Assembly: GCA_043747615.1 (NCBI GenBank)
Contig: JAYTOU010000044.1
Location: forward strand, 1-64,000
DNA: 64,000 bases
Direction of reading: 5' to 3'
Origin: Myxococcales bacterium
Lineage (GTDB): Bacteria; Myxococcota_A; Polyangia; Polyangiales; Polyangiaceae
Shown here piece after piece: positions 38,454 through 47,947 of the stretch. Positions within the stretch are counted from its first letter, which is position 1, and each line of letters begins with the position of its first letter. Made by a program: the position numbers and the translations under genes. Below the pieces are notes generated by a model. The model had not been told where the DNA came from. It was given only the letters and a program-made list of their open reading frames with translations, and ran no database searches.

Positions 38454-38540
38454 ACGCGGCTTGCCCTGCTCGATGGCAGCCGGATCCGTATGGAGGCGTG
38501 TTGAAGGTCGAAAACGGATTCGGCTGGCAAACCAACTAAG

Positions 38541-39899
38541 TTGAGCACCCAAGAGCGAGAGCGCGTTCTTGATTTGCTCAAGCGGCATGGCTGGAATGCC
38601 ACGTCCTTCCAGATCCTCGAGGAAGGATTTCGCTATTGGTTCGACGACGACGCGTGCGTCGCCTACCTGGACACAGGGAGCGCGTGGGTCGTCGCTGGAA
38701 CGCCGGTCGCGGCACCCGCGCGGATTGGCGACGTGGCAACACGCTTCTCTGCGACGGCGAAGCTCCGCGGCAAGCGCGTCTGCTTCTTTGCTACCGAGGG
38801 GCGATTTTCCACAGCGCCCTTCGCCGCGATGCAGATCGGAGAGCAGCCCGTGTGGGATCCCCGGGGGTGGGACGAGACCGTGCGGAGGACGCCAAGCCTC
38901 AGGGAGCAATTGCGGCGCGCGCGCGCAAAGAACGTCCGTGTTCGAATGGTGAGCGCCTCCGAGATTGTCGACCCATCGCTCCCCACGCGCGCATCGATCG
39001 AGGCTCTCATCGTGCGCTGGCTGCAGTCGCGATCCATGGCGCCAATGGGGTTCTTGGTCGACGTGCAGCCCTTCTCGTTTGCTGCCGAGCGAAAGTATTT
39101 CGTCGCTGAGCATGCGGGTCGGATCGTGGGCTTTCTTGCGTCGGTTCCCGTGTACGCGCGAAAGGGCTGGTTCCTGGAAGATCTCGTGCGCGACGCCTCG
39201 GCGCCGAATGGCACCTCGGAGACGCTCGTGGACGCCGCGCTTCGCCAGGCCGCGGAAGAAGGAAGCGAGTACGTAACCCTAGGACTCGCGCCGATGGCCG
39301 GCGCCACTGGCTGGCTCCGGGCGGTCAAGCAGTCGACGTCGGCGCTCTATGACTTCCGCGGCGTTCACGCGTTCAAGGCGAAGCTCCGTCCAGATACGTG
39401 GGAGCCGATCTACTTGGCGTATCCCTCGGTCTCGGGTGGCAATCGCGCTCTGTACGATTCCCTCGCGGCGTTCGCGCGTGGCCGCTTTGCGCGCTTCGGG
39501 ATGCAGACGCTCCTTCGAGGTCCGGCGATCGTCGTCCGCATTCTTGCTGCGCTTCTCGTCCCATGGACGATGCTCGTCGCGCTCGCCGATGGGCCCCATT
39601 ATTTCCCATGGTGGTGGATAAAATGGGGCTGGGTTCTCTTCGATAGTGCTCTCGTTGTCGCGCTCTTCGCCCTCGCCGTGAGGTGGCGACGCTTCCTTGG
39701 AGTGCTTGTGGCCGCGGCGGTCACAGCGGACTCGGCGCTCACGCTGGTCCAGGTCGCCCTCTACAATTTCCCGCGAGCCCAGAGCGCGCTCGATGCCCTC
39801 GTCATTGTCATCGCTTGCCTGTCACCGACATTCGCCGCGCTGACCTTGTGGGGCGCGGTCGCCCGAGCCACGCGGACTGGAGCACCGAAGCACTGTTGA
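38541..39899 (+). CDS. DUF2156 (aminoacyl-phosphatidylglycerol synthase-like) domain with C-terminal TMs
   Basis: LREQLRRA, APNGTSE, LGLAP, LYDFRGVHAFKAKLRPDTWEPIY; about four TMs at the C-terminus. Confidence 0.85.
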   Translation: MSTQERERVLDLLKRHGWNATSFQILEEGFRYWFDDDACVAYLDTGSAWVVAGTPVAAPARIGDVATRFSATAKLRGKRVCFFATEGRFSTAPFAAMQIGEQPVWDPRGWDETVRRTPSLREQLRRARAKNVRVRMVSASEIVDPSLPTRASIEALIVRWLQSRSMAPMGFLVDVQPFSFAAERKYFVAEHAGRIVGFLASVPVYARKGWFLEDLVRDASAPNGTSETLVDAALRQAAEEGSEYVTLGLAPMAGATGWLRAVKQSTSALYDFRGVHAFKAKLRPDTWEPIYLAYPSVSGGNRALYDSLAAFARGRFARFGMQTLLRGPAIVVRILAALLVPWTMLVALADGPHYFPWWWIKWGWVLFDSALVVALFALAVRWRRFLGVLVAAAVTADSALTLVQVALYNFPRAQSALDALVIVIACLSPTFAALTLWGAVARATRTGAPKHC

Positions 39900-40023
39900 C
39901 TCGGAGGGTGTACGATCATCGGTCATGAGCAAAGTTCTCCGGCTCGCAATGGGCGTTTGTGTCAGAGTGGAACGCGCAAGCGCTCCGGCCTGGCGGTGGT
40001 GAGCCAGACGCAGCCCAATGCGC

Positions 40024-41967
40024 CTACCCGCGGCGCGCTTGACCAGTCACCGAAAGATAGACGGCGGTGATCTCCGCTTCGTCGACGAGACCGACGACCC
40101 TCCCCGACTCGTCCGTCACGATCAGCTCCCGAACGCTGTTGATGAGCATGCGCTCGAGCGCCGCGTTCAATTCCTCGTCTTCGCGCGCGAAGAGCGGGGG
40201 CGACATCATGTCGTCGGCGAGGGCGAACGTGCGCAGCTCCGGTTCGGTAACCGTTGTCCGGAGGATGTCGGCGCTGATCACCCCAAGCAAGAGACCGTCC
40301 TTTCCCAGCACCGGGAACGCGTCTTGTCCCTCGGATCCGGCGACGCGCCGGATCACGTCGACCGCTGAGGTATTGCGCTCGAATGCTACCCAAGGTCGAT
40401 CTCGCACGACGACTTCGGTCACGCGAACGCCTTTCAAGATGTCGAAAATGAGGTCGTCGCGATGGGCAGCCGAGTCGCGCATGGTTGCGACCTGCGCGTG
40501 GTAGAGCGATCTGTTCCGAAGAGCGACGAGCGCGATGCCCTCAGCCAGCATGAGCGGGACGAGGAGGTCGTAGCTTCCTGCGAGCTCGCAGGTCATGACG
40601 AGGGAGCCGAGCGGGACGTGCGCGAGGCCGCCGTAGAAGGTGCCCATTCCGACGAGCGCGAATGCACCAGGATCGACGTGCGCGTGCGGAAAAACAATCT
40701 GCGCGGCATGTCCGAAGGCGCCGCCAAAGAGGCCCCCGAGCACCATCGACGGACCGAAATCTCCTGCGCTTCCGCCCGATCCGACCGTCAGCGACGTCGC
40801 GATCAGCTTCACGACTCCGAGCAAGACGAGCAACTCCACACCGCGCCAACCCTGGGGAAGCCAGTTTGCTCCGAGGATGGCGACCTGGGCCGCGCCGTAG
40901 CCACCTCCGAGAATGCCGAGACCTTGCCCCTCTCCGAGGTGCGCTCCGAGAAAGTAGACGGCAGGCGTCGCAACGAGTCCGAGGAGCAGTCCCCCGATGG
41001 CCGGCTTGAGCCAGTCCGGAGCGCGACTACGCCCCGACAGATCGCGAACTTTGTGCAGCGTCCAGAGGAAGCTCGCGGCGACGCCTGAGATCACGAGCGC
41101 CATCACCACGTAAAGAGGTAATTGGCTCGGTATGAACGCGTATTTCGCGGCGTGCGCGAAGAGCGTCGACTCCCCCGTAAACGAAATGAACACGGAGTAC
41201 GAAACAACGCTCGCGAGCACGGCCGGCACGAGCGCTTCGGATTCTATGTCGTCGCGATGAAGGATCTCGACCGCGAGGATCGCCGCGCCGAGTGGCGTGC
41301 GGAAGACCGCCGCCATACCCGCCGCAGTCCCGGCGACGAGGAGAATGCGTCGCTCACGGTCTGTCACTCGGAGATAGCGGCCTACGAGCGATCCGATGGA
41401 GCCTCCGATCTGCATCGTTGGGCCTTCGCGTCCGCCCGATCCTCCGAAACCGAGAGTCGTGATTGACGCGAGCATCTTGACGAAGGGAACGCGCCGGCGA
41501 ACGACGCCAGCGCTGTTGTGAAAGGCGCCGATGATCGCGTCGGTGCCTCCCCCACGCGTCTCGGGTGCGAGCGAAGACAGGAGACCGCCAGCGAGGGCGC
41601 CAATGGCCGGAAGCAACCACAGGATCCACGGGCGAAACGGCGACGTGTGGTCATCGAGTGCGGGTTGCTCTCCGGCGGCGCGCAAGGGAACGTAGCCGGC
41701 GAGCCGCTCGAGAACGAAGTGCTGGGTCAGCTCGAGGCCCTCCACGAAGAGAAGTCCGGCGAAACCAACCGCGGCGCCCACGAGCGCCGCATGAAGCAGC
41801 ACACGCCCGAGGAGCTTGAGCGTGGGCGATGTCCCGGCGAATAGTTTTCGCTGGAGGAGCCCGACGAGGCGACCTCTTCGGCTGCTCGCGTCCGCCGCGC
41901 GCACACCGGTGACGGAGGAAATGCCGGGAAGGTGCGGGCTGGAGTCCACGAGTGAGCTGCGCGTCAT
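40024..41967 (-). CDS. ClC chloride channel/antiporter with CBS pair
   Basis: GGGTD, GSGGREGP, GSAGDFGP, LYHAQV, C-terminal CBS domains. Confidence 0.93.
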   Translation of the reverse strand: MTRSSLVDSSPHLPGISSVTGVRAADASSRRGRLVGLLQRKLFAGTSPTLKLLGRVLLHAALVGAAVGFAGLLFVEGLELTQHFVLERLAGYVPLRAAGEQPALDDHTSPFRPWILWLLPAIGALAGGLLSSLAPETRGGGTDAIIGAFHNSAGVVRRRVPFVKMLASITTLGFGGSGGREGPTMQIGGSIGSLVGRYLRVTDRERRILLVAGTAAGMAAVFRTPLGAAILAVEILHRDDIESEALVPAVLASVVSYSVFISFTGESTLFAHAAKYAFIPSQLPLYVVMALVISGVAASFLWTLHKVRDLSGRSRAPDWLKPAIGGLLLGLVATPAVYFLGAHLGEGQGLGILGGGYGAAQVAILGANWLPQGWRGVELLVLLGVVKLIATSLTVGSGGSAGDFGPSMVLGGLFGGAFGHAAQIVFPHAHVDPGAFALVGMGTFYGGLAHVPLGSLVMTCELAGSYDLLVPLMLAEGIALVALRNRSLYHAQVATMRDSAAHRDDLIFDILKGVRVTEVVVRDRPWVAFERNTSAVDVIRRVAGSEGQDAFPVLGKDGLLLGVISADILRTTVTEPELRTFALADDMMSPPLFAREDEELNAALERMLINSVRELIVTDESGRVVGLVDEAEITAVYLSVTGQARRG

Positions 41968-42014
41968 ACACCTCCGACGCACGGGCGTGAAACCTCCGAG
42001 GGAATGCCGCCGCC

Positions 42015-42278
42015 TCAGCCGCGTTCGATGATCGCTTTGAGCTGAGCGAGATCTCTTCGGTCGGCGCGGCGCCTGGCCGCCGCCATGAAGGGAGCGACGA
42101 TGCTCGAGAACCCGTTCGGCTCACCGTGGTTTCGGAGAGTCAGTCGCGTCTTGCCAGCGTCCAACGCCCCGCAGGTGTACGTCGTCTCCATCGGCAACGG
42201 CCCTTCCGCCGTACGCATCACGAGGCGCTCGCCCGGAACGAAGTCGGCAACGTCGTAAGTGGACGCGATGCGTCGGTC
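42015..42278 (-). pseudogene. C-terminal half of an SRPBCC-family protein
   Basis: RRIASTYDVADFVPGERLVMRTAEGPLPMETTY...NHGEPNGFS...DLAQLKAIIE; no N-terminus. Confidence 0.7.
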
Positions 42279-42522
42279 GCACAAGGTTTTGGTCGAGGGG
42301 CAGAGCATTCGGCAGACGGCGCGGGAGATCGGGATCTCGCGAAAGACGGTGAAGCGGTACCTGGTCGAGGCCGCGCAGGTGCGGGTGGAGCAGGCTGCGC
42401 GGGGCCGTCCTGTGTTGGAGAAGGTCGGTCCTCGGATCGACGCGCTGCTCGGCGACTTCCCGCGATGGACGGCGGCAAGCAGCGGCTGACGGCGACGAGG
42501 CGGCACGCGATGCTGGTCATGG
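42279..42522 (+). mobile_element. IS21-family transposase (IstA) N-terminal remnant
   Basis: HKVLVEGQSIRQTAREIGISRKTVKRYL...WT/[fs]/GGKQRLTATR; HTH only, frameshifted. Confidence 0.7.
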
Positions 42523-42565
42523 GTTCGCCCCATCCGCATTCCGTCGGTGGACAGCGCAGTACGGA

Positions 42566-43363
42566 ATGCCGCACGTCGACTACACGCCCACCGACGAAGA
42601 GCGGGGCCAGGCATCGGCGTGGCGGGCAGAGCGGACGCTGGGGACCGCGTGGCGCGCTTATCGGGCGTTCTGCCAGGACCCGCGCTGGGCGACCGACAGC
42701 GAGTTACCGGTGTTCGACGAGGACGACAACGCACACGAAGAGTACGAGCAGCGCGTGACGCTTCACATGCGGGCGGACGCTAGGGTCGTGCTCGTCTGCG
42801 AGAAGGGCCACATCCTCGACGCTATCGACACCTGGAGAAATTCCGAGCGACCGAGTGTTGCGCACGCGTGGAAGGCGTCGCTCGCGTGGGCGCCTTCTCT
42901 GCCTTCGCGTTGGACCTCGCGCATTCTTGCGAGCCATGCGAAGGACGTCGGCGCCCCGCTCGCATACTTCGGCGATCTCGATCCGCAGGCGTTGCATGCG
43001 TTCGCCGTACTCCGCGCGGGCAGCCATCGCGCGCTCTTGAGTGGAAAACCAAAAGGTCCAACCGTGACCTGGATCGGCCTCGACAGTGGCTGGCTCGAAG
43101 TTGTCTGCCGGCACTTCCGAACCGACGAAATCCCTGTGCAGATGAAGATTCGATTGGATTGGCTCGACCAAGAGTATTGGGAGCTCGTCAAGCGGCTCGT
43201 TCCTGACGTGCGCAAACTCATCGGGGCGCGCGGATTCGCTCTCTTGGAGAGCGGTGTGAAGCTTGAGGCCGACGCCCTCTTGCACATGAGGGAAGCATTC
43301 CTCGACGAGTTCGGGCGGCGAGTCGGTCGCCTCGTTCGCAAGCGAGGGCACCCGCACTCATGA
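42566..43363 (+). CDS. Stand-alone TOPRIM protein (Topo VI-A/JetD-like C-terminal domain)
   Basis: VLVCEK...YFGDLDP...WIGL...GVKLEADAL. Confidence 0.65.
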   Translation: MPHVDYTPTDEERGQASAWRAERTLGTAWRAYRAFCQDPRWATDSELPVFDEDDNAHEEYEQRVTLHMRADARVVLVCEKGHILDAIDTWRNSERPSVAHAWKASLAWAPSLPSRWTSRILASHAKDVGAPLAYFGDLDPQALHAFAVLRAGSHRALLSGKPKGPTVTWIGLDSGWLEVVCRHFRTDEIPVQMKIRLDWLDQEYWELVKRLVPDVRKLIGARGFALLESGVKLEADALLHMREAFLDEFGRRVGRLVRKRGHPHS

Positions 43364-43554
43364 CGCCGCTCGTGTGTGATCTCGGGTACCCCTCGAAGGC
43401 GTCGCAAAAGCTCGTGCTTGGAATGCATGGCTGAGGTGGCGCGCTCGCCGCCGTCTGTCCATACTAAGGAACAATTCTTCGATGCTCACTTACGCGATGG
43501 GTCCGCATAACAATCTGTAATTACATACATATTATGCCTACATTGCGTTGCACG

Positions 43555-43587
43555 TTGTCAGAAGAGTCTGGCCTGCTATCTTACTGA
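43555..43587 (+). promoter_or_regulatory. sigma70-type promoter with overlapping inverted repeat, upstream of abiE
   Basis: TTGTCA-N16-TATCTT with TGn extension; arms TCAGAAGA / TCTTACTGA; AT-rich upstream. Confidence 0.5.
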
Positions 43588-43598
43588 AAGAGCTACCA

Positions 43599-44204
43599 AT
43601 GGCCGTCGCAACCCACATTCTTCGACGCGTTCGTGGGCAGGGGCGCGGGGTCGTCTTCACCGCGCAAGACTTCCTCGACTTGGGTTCGCGAGCCGCCGTG
43701 GATCAGGCGCTCGCACGTCTTGCGCGTAGCGGCCGGGTTCGGCGAGTTGACCGCGGAGTTTATGACCTACCGCGCAGCCATCCCAAGGTCGGCGCCATGT
43801 GGCCTTCAGCCGATGCGGTTGCTCAAGCTGTCGCGAAACAAACGGACAGCCATCTGCAAGTCTCTGGGGCTGCAGCGGCGAATGCCCTCGGACTGAGTAC
43901 GCAGGTTCCTGCCCAGGTCGAGTACCTGACGGACGGGCCCTCGCGAAACGTTCATGTCGGCAAGCTCGTCGTTCACTTGAAGCACGCCGGACGCGTTGAC
44001 ATGCTCCTACCGAAGACGCGGGCAGGAATGACGATCGTCGCCCTCAAGCATTTGGGACGCGACACCGCAACGATGGGCGTCCTTCAGCGCATCGCCGCGT
44101 CGTTGAACGACACAGACAGGAAGCAGCTCCGCGGCGTTCGTGCGCAGTTGCCGGGATGGCTCGGTTCTGCAGTTGACCAGCTCGTTGCGGGTGCGGGCGC
44201 TTGA
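43599..44204 (+). CDS. abiEi: Type IV TA antitoxin, AbiEi-like (DUF6088)
   Basis: VFTAQDFLDLGSRAAVDQALARL..G.VRRVDRGVY; GAAAANALGLSTQVP...YLTDGPSR. Confidence 0.9.
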   Translation: MAVATHILRRVRGQGRGVVFTAQDFLDLGSRAAVDQALARLARSGRVRRVDRGVYDLPRSHPKVGAMWPSADAVAQAVAKQTDSHLQVSGAAAANALGLSTQVPAQVEYLTDGPSRNVHVGKLVVHLKHAGRVDMLLPKTRAGMTIVALKHLGRDTATMGVLQRIAASLNDTDRKQLRGVRAQLPGWLGSAVDQLVAGAGA

Positions 44205-45229
44205 CCATCTTCGAGGACTCGGTCGAGCGAGAGGCACTCGTCAACGACGTCGCCGGTCGATTGGGCGTCGCGGCGTGGGTGATCGAGAAGGACCTTTGGG
44301 TTTGCTGGACCCTCGCTAGGCTGATCGAGATCGCCGAGATTCCTCAACTCACGTTCAAGGGCGGAACCTCGCTCTCGAAGGTGCACGGTCTCATCGATCG
44401 TTTCTCGGAGGACATCGACCTCACCTTTTCCAGGGAGGGCTGGGGCTTCGATGGCGAGCGAGATCCGTTTCACGTCGGCCTGAGTGGGAAGAAGCGCGAA
44501 GGCCTCGTTCGCGAAATCGGCGAGCGTTCTGCGACGGTCGTTCGCGACATCGTCATCCCGGGTCTGCGCGCGATATGCGCTCGTGCGATCGGACGATCGG
44601 GCTGGTCCGTCGAGCTCGACTCGGACGACCCTCAAGCCGTCCTCTTCACGTTCCCAGATCCAACGGCCACGTACGGATATGGCCAGCCCCAAGTGAAGAT
44701 CGAGTTCGGTGCGCGTGGAGATCCATGGCCGACTTCACGCAAAACCATCTCTCCCTACGTCGAGGAGGCGCACTCGGGCACTGCGCCTTCGGCCATCGTG
44801 GAGGTCACCGCGTTGGATGCGGAACGGACCTTCTGGGAGAAGGTGACGCTCCTTCACGCTCTCCACCACGGAACCCTCGCGAAAGCGGACAAGGGCGTCC
44901 ACCGGCTCTCTCGCCACATCTACGACGTGCACCGAATCTGGAACGCAACCGCGTTGAGAGCGCGGATCGTCGCAGACCGCGCGCTCCTGCGATCCGTCGT
45001 GCACAACAAGCAGATCTTCTTTAGGGAAACGAAGGCGCGGTACGAGATGGTCGCGCTGCTCGATCTCAATTGCGCGCCACACGAAGCTCTCGAGAAGGCG
45101 ATGCGAGAGGACTTCGTGGCGATGGAATCGATGTTCTTTCCCGGCTCCCCGGTCCCGGCGTTCGAGGACACACTCACGACGCTCCGCGAAATCGAGCAGA
45201 TGGTCAGAGCTTGGAAGCCGGCGCCGTGA
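44201..45229 (+). CDS. abiEii: Type IV TA toxin, AbiEii nucleotidyltransferase
   Basis: IEKDLWV, FKGGTSLSK...RFSEDIDL, ERTFWEK, SRHIYD; TTGA overlap with the antitoxin. Confidence 0.93.
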   Translation: MTIFEDSVEREALVNDVAGRLGVAAWVIEKDLWVCWTLARLIEIAEIPQLTFKGGTSLSKVHGLIDRFSEDIDLTFSREGWGFDGERDPFHVGLSGKKREGLVREIGERSATVVRDIVIPGLRAICARAIGRSGWSVELDSDDPQAVLFTFPDPTATYGYGQPQVKIEFGARGDPWPTSRKTISPYVEEAHSGTAPSAIVEVTALDAERTFWEKVTLLHALHHGTLAKADKGVHRLSRHIYDVHRIWNATALRARIVADRALLRSVVHNKQIFFRETKARYEMVALLDLNCAPHEALEKAMREDFVAMESMFFPGSPVPAFEDTLTTLREIEQMVRAWKPAP

Positions 45230-45287
45230 GCTTACGCGGCCCACTTTGCGGGCGACGTGGTTGGCCGCATGATCGAGCCCTCCGATA

Positions 45288-46700
45288 ATGCGTGTGAAAC
45301 GCGAGAAGCTCTACTCAGAAGTCTGGGCAGAACCCTCGCTCACCGTCGCGAAGCGGTACAACGTGTCTTCCAGCTACCTCGGGCGCGTCTGCGAGCGCCT
45401 TGATATCCCGCGTCCCCCACGCGGCTTCTGGGCGCAGCGGGCGGCCGGAATCGAATTCGAGCAACCGGCACTTCCGGACGCCGAGCCGGGCGCCGAGATC
45501 GAGTGGGTACGCGACGGCTCCGAGCCTCAGCGACAACCGATGTCGGCAACCGCATCGCGTGCACGCCGGAGACAAACCCTTCAGGACAAGCACCCGCTCT
45601 TGGTCGGAGCTCGCGCGCATTTCGACCACGCGCGCGAGTCCTGCGACGAACAGTACGTAAGACCTTACAAGCGAAATCTTGTCGACGTGTTCGTCTCGAA
45701 GGACGCGCTCGAACGCGCGCTCAAGATGGCGAGCGATCTGTTTCGAGCGCTAGAGGATCGGGGGCAGCGAGTGATGCTCGCCCCCTCCGGCGCGCGCTAC
45801 GGCCACACGAACGTCGAAGTCCGTGAGGGGCACAAGGGGGGCGAGCACGACTACAACTACTACTCGTCCGGACGATGGAGTCCGGCCCAGCCGACCGTCA
45901 CCCTCGTCGGCGACGTTGCAATCGGCCTCACAATCTTCGAGGTGAGCGAGGAGGCGGAGGTCCGCTACGACTCGAATCTCCACAAGTACGTTCGCGTCGG
46001 ACCGGCGAAACCGAAGGCGGATAAGAGGACGGCGCGGGGCCTTCCCCTGTCCCCTCACGAGTGGACGACGAAGCACTGGGTTCCGAGCGGGCGCCTCGGT
46101 CTGCATGCCTACGCGGCGAGCCCGGGGATCACGTGGGCACGCTATTGGCGCGAGGCGAAGCCGGGCGAGCTCCCCGGTTCCTTCGAGGCGATCGCGAAGG
46201 AGTTGGAGCAAGCCGCGCCGGCGATCGTGAAGCTGATTGAGCAACGTGAACGAGAGGCCGTGGAGTGGCGTCGCAAGTGCGAGGTGGAGCGCCTCGAGCG
46301 CGAACGCAAGGACGCAGAGAGGCATCGGATCGAACGGGAAGCCCGACGAGAGAAGGAGCTCCACGAGCAAGTAGGCAACTGGCGCTTCGCGCGTGATATT
46401 CGCGCGTACGTCGCGGAGGTGCATGCACTCGTGACGGACGCCGAAATGACGATCACCGACGGAAGCGACACCGACGACGAGCTCAAGTGGGCGCTCAAGT
46501 ACGCCGACGGGATTGATCCCCTTTCGTCGTGGCGGCGGGACATCGCCCAGGTGAGGGCTGAGCGGGCGACCGGCGAGCCATGTGCGAAGTGCGGGGAACG
46601 GCATAGACCACGGGCGGAGGGGAACGGTGAGACGTCGAGACACCGACACTATCGAAGCCCAGCGTGCGCGCGATCAGGCGAAGCTCGATATCGCCCGTGA
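45288..46700 (+). CDS. Conserved hypothetical protein with N-terminal HTH; 3' end probably a junction
   Basis: REKLYSEVWAEP..VAKRYNVS..L..VC..L.IPRPPRGFW; coiled coil; W..A..IRAY...WA..YAD.IDPL. Confidence 0.7.
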   Translation: MRVKREKLYSEVWAEPSLTVAKRYNVSSSYLGRVCERLDIPRPPRGFWAQRAAGIEFEQPALPDAEPGAEIEWVRDGSEPQRQPMSATASRARRRQTLQDKHPLLVGARAHFDHARESCDEQYVRPYKRNLVDVFVSKDALERALKMASDLFRALEDRGQRVMLAPSGARYGHTNVEVREGHKGGEHDYNYYSSGRWSPAQPTVTLVGDVAIGLTIFEVSEEAEVRYDSNLHKYVRVGPAKPKADKRTARGLPLSPHEWTTKHWVPSGRLGLHAYAASPGITWARYWREAKPGELPGSFEAIAKELEQAAPAIVKLIEQREREAVEWRRKCEVERLERERKDAERHRIEREARREKELHEQVGNWRFARDIRAYVAEVHALVTDAEMTITDGSDTDDELKWALKYADGIDPLSSWRRDIAQVRAERATGEPCAKCGERHRPRAEGNGETSRHRHYRSPACARSGEARYRP

Positions 46701-47947
46701 GCGGCAGGTCAAACTTGCGAGCGACGCGGAGCACTGGCGGGAAGGCTGGAGCGCGATGACCCTCGCGTTCGGGCTTGGCGCCGATCTCTCGGTGGCCGTT
46801 GCAAGGCAGATCTTGAACGAGCTCATTGTCCTACGGCGCGAGCTTCTGCGCGATGAGGTCGCTCTCCGCGACCGCATCGAGAAGATGACGGACGACATGA
46901 CGCGATACGAGGGCGAATGCGAGGCTGTCCGGAGCGCGCATGCGCCCACGACGGCCGGCGACGTCTCGGCGGTCGTCGAGGAGATGCATCGGCGGTTGGG
47001 CGCGACGCGTGATGCGGTCCGGGTCAATCAAGATCGCAAGAAGAGTCTCGCCAAGACGGAGAAGGATCTCGCGGACGCGCGGCTGTCACTCGCAGACGCG
47101 ATCGCGTCGCTTGCTCACCTGCGCAAGCTGGCGTGTGCCGAGACCGATGCTGATTTTTCTCGAATCGCCGAAGACGTCGCCCGAGCCGCCACGCTGGGCC
47201 AGACGAGCGCCGAGAAGGAACGCATCCTTCGCCGTGCCCGAGGTGCGTGGTCCTACGAGGAATACGTCGCACAGTTCGGTCGTGATCAAACCTCCCTAGA
47301 GGTCGACGTCGAGCGATGGCAGCGCGACGCCGAATCCCATGACGCGGAGGCGAAGACGCTCGAGCAAGAAGTCTGGCTCGAGCAACAGAAGCTCGCGGAG
47401 ATGGACGGCGGCGCTGCCGCTGCAGAATCGCAAAGCGCGATCGAGGCCGAGCGTGCCGCGCTCCGCGAGGACAGCGATCGCTATGCGATTGTGGCGATGG
47501 CTGAAGAGATTCTTCGCGGATCCATCCAGCGTTTCGAACGTGATCATCAGCCCCGCGCTCCTCGAAGCTACGTCGAAGATTTTCTCGCAGATGACGAGTG
47601 GGCGTTTCCTGCGCGTTCAGCGCAGCCTCGACGGAGATCTCTTCGTTGTGCGCGCCGACGATGCGCAGCTCGGGACCGAAGCGCTTTCCACGGGCACGCG
47701 CGAGCAGCTCTATCTCGCAATACGTCTCGCGTACATCGAGCACTACAGCCAGTCCGCAGAGGCGTTGCCGATCGTCCTGGACGACGTGCTCGTCAACTTC
47801 GACGACGCACGGGCCACAGCGACGATCGCCGCGCTGGCGTCTTTCGCCGAGCGCTCGCAGGTCGTGCTGTTTACTTGCCACAAGCACGTGGTCGCACTCG
47901 CTGAAGCAGCAGCGATGGACATCGCCCTCATCGAACTTCAGAGCTGA
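46640..47947 (+). pseudogene. C-terminal fragment of a YhaN-like SMC/SbcC-type ATPase
   Basis: Coiled coil, frameshift at CCCC 47551-47554, LSTGTREQLYLAIRLA, LPIVLDDVLVNFDD, FTCH; no Walker A. Confidence 0.82.

Noticed and set aside
47545..47560. Programmed frameshift in the YhaN-like gene
   Set aside because: The gene is already 5'-truncated; mutation or homopolymer sequencing error is simpler
42566..47947. Calling the segment a Wadjet system
   Set aside because: No JetA/JetB; the SMC-like gene is a YhaN-type fragment and is not adjacent to the TOPRIM gene
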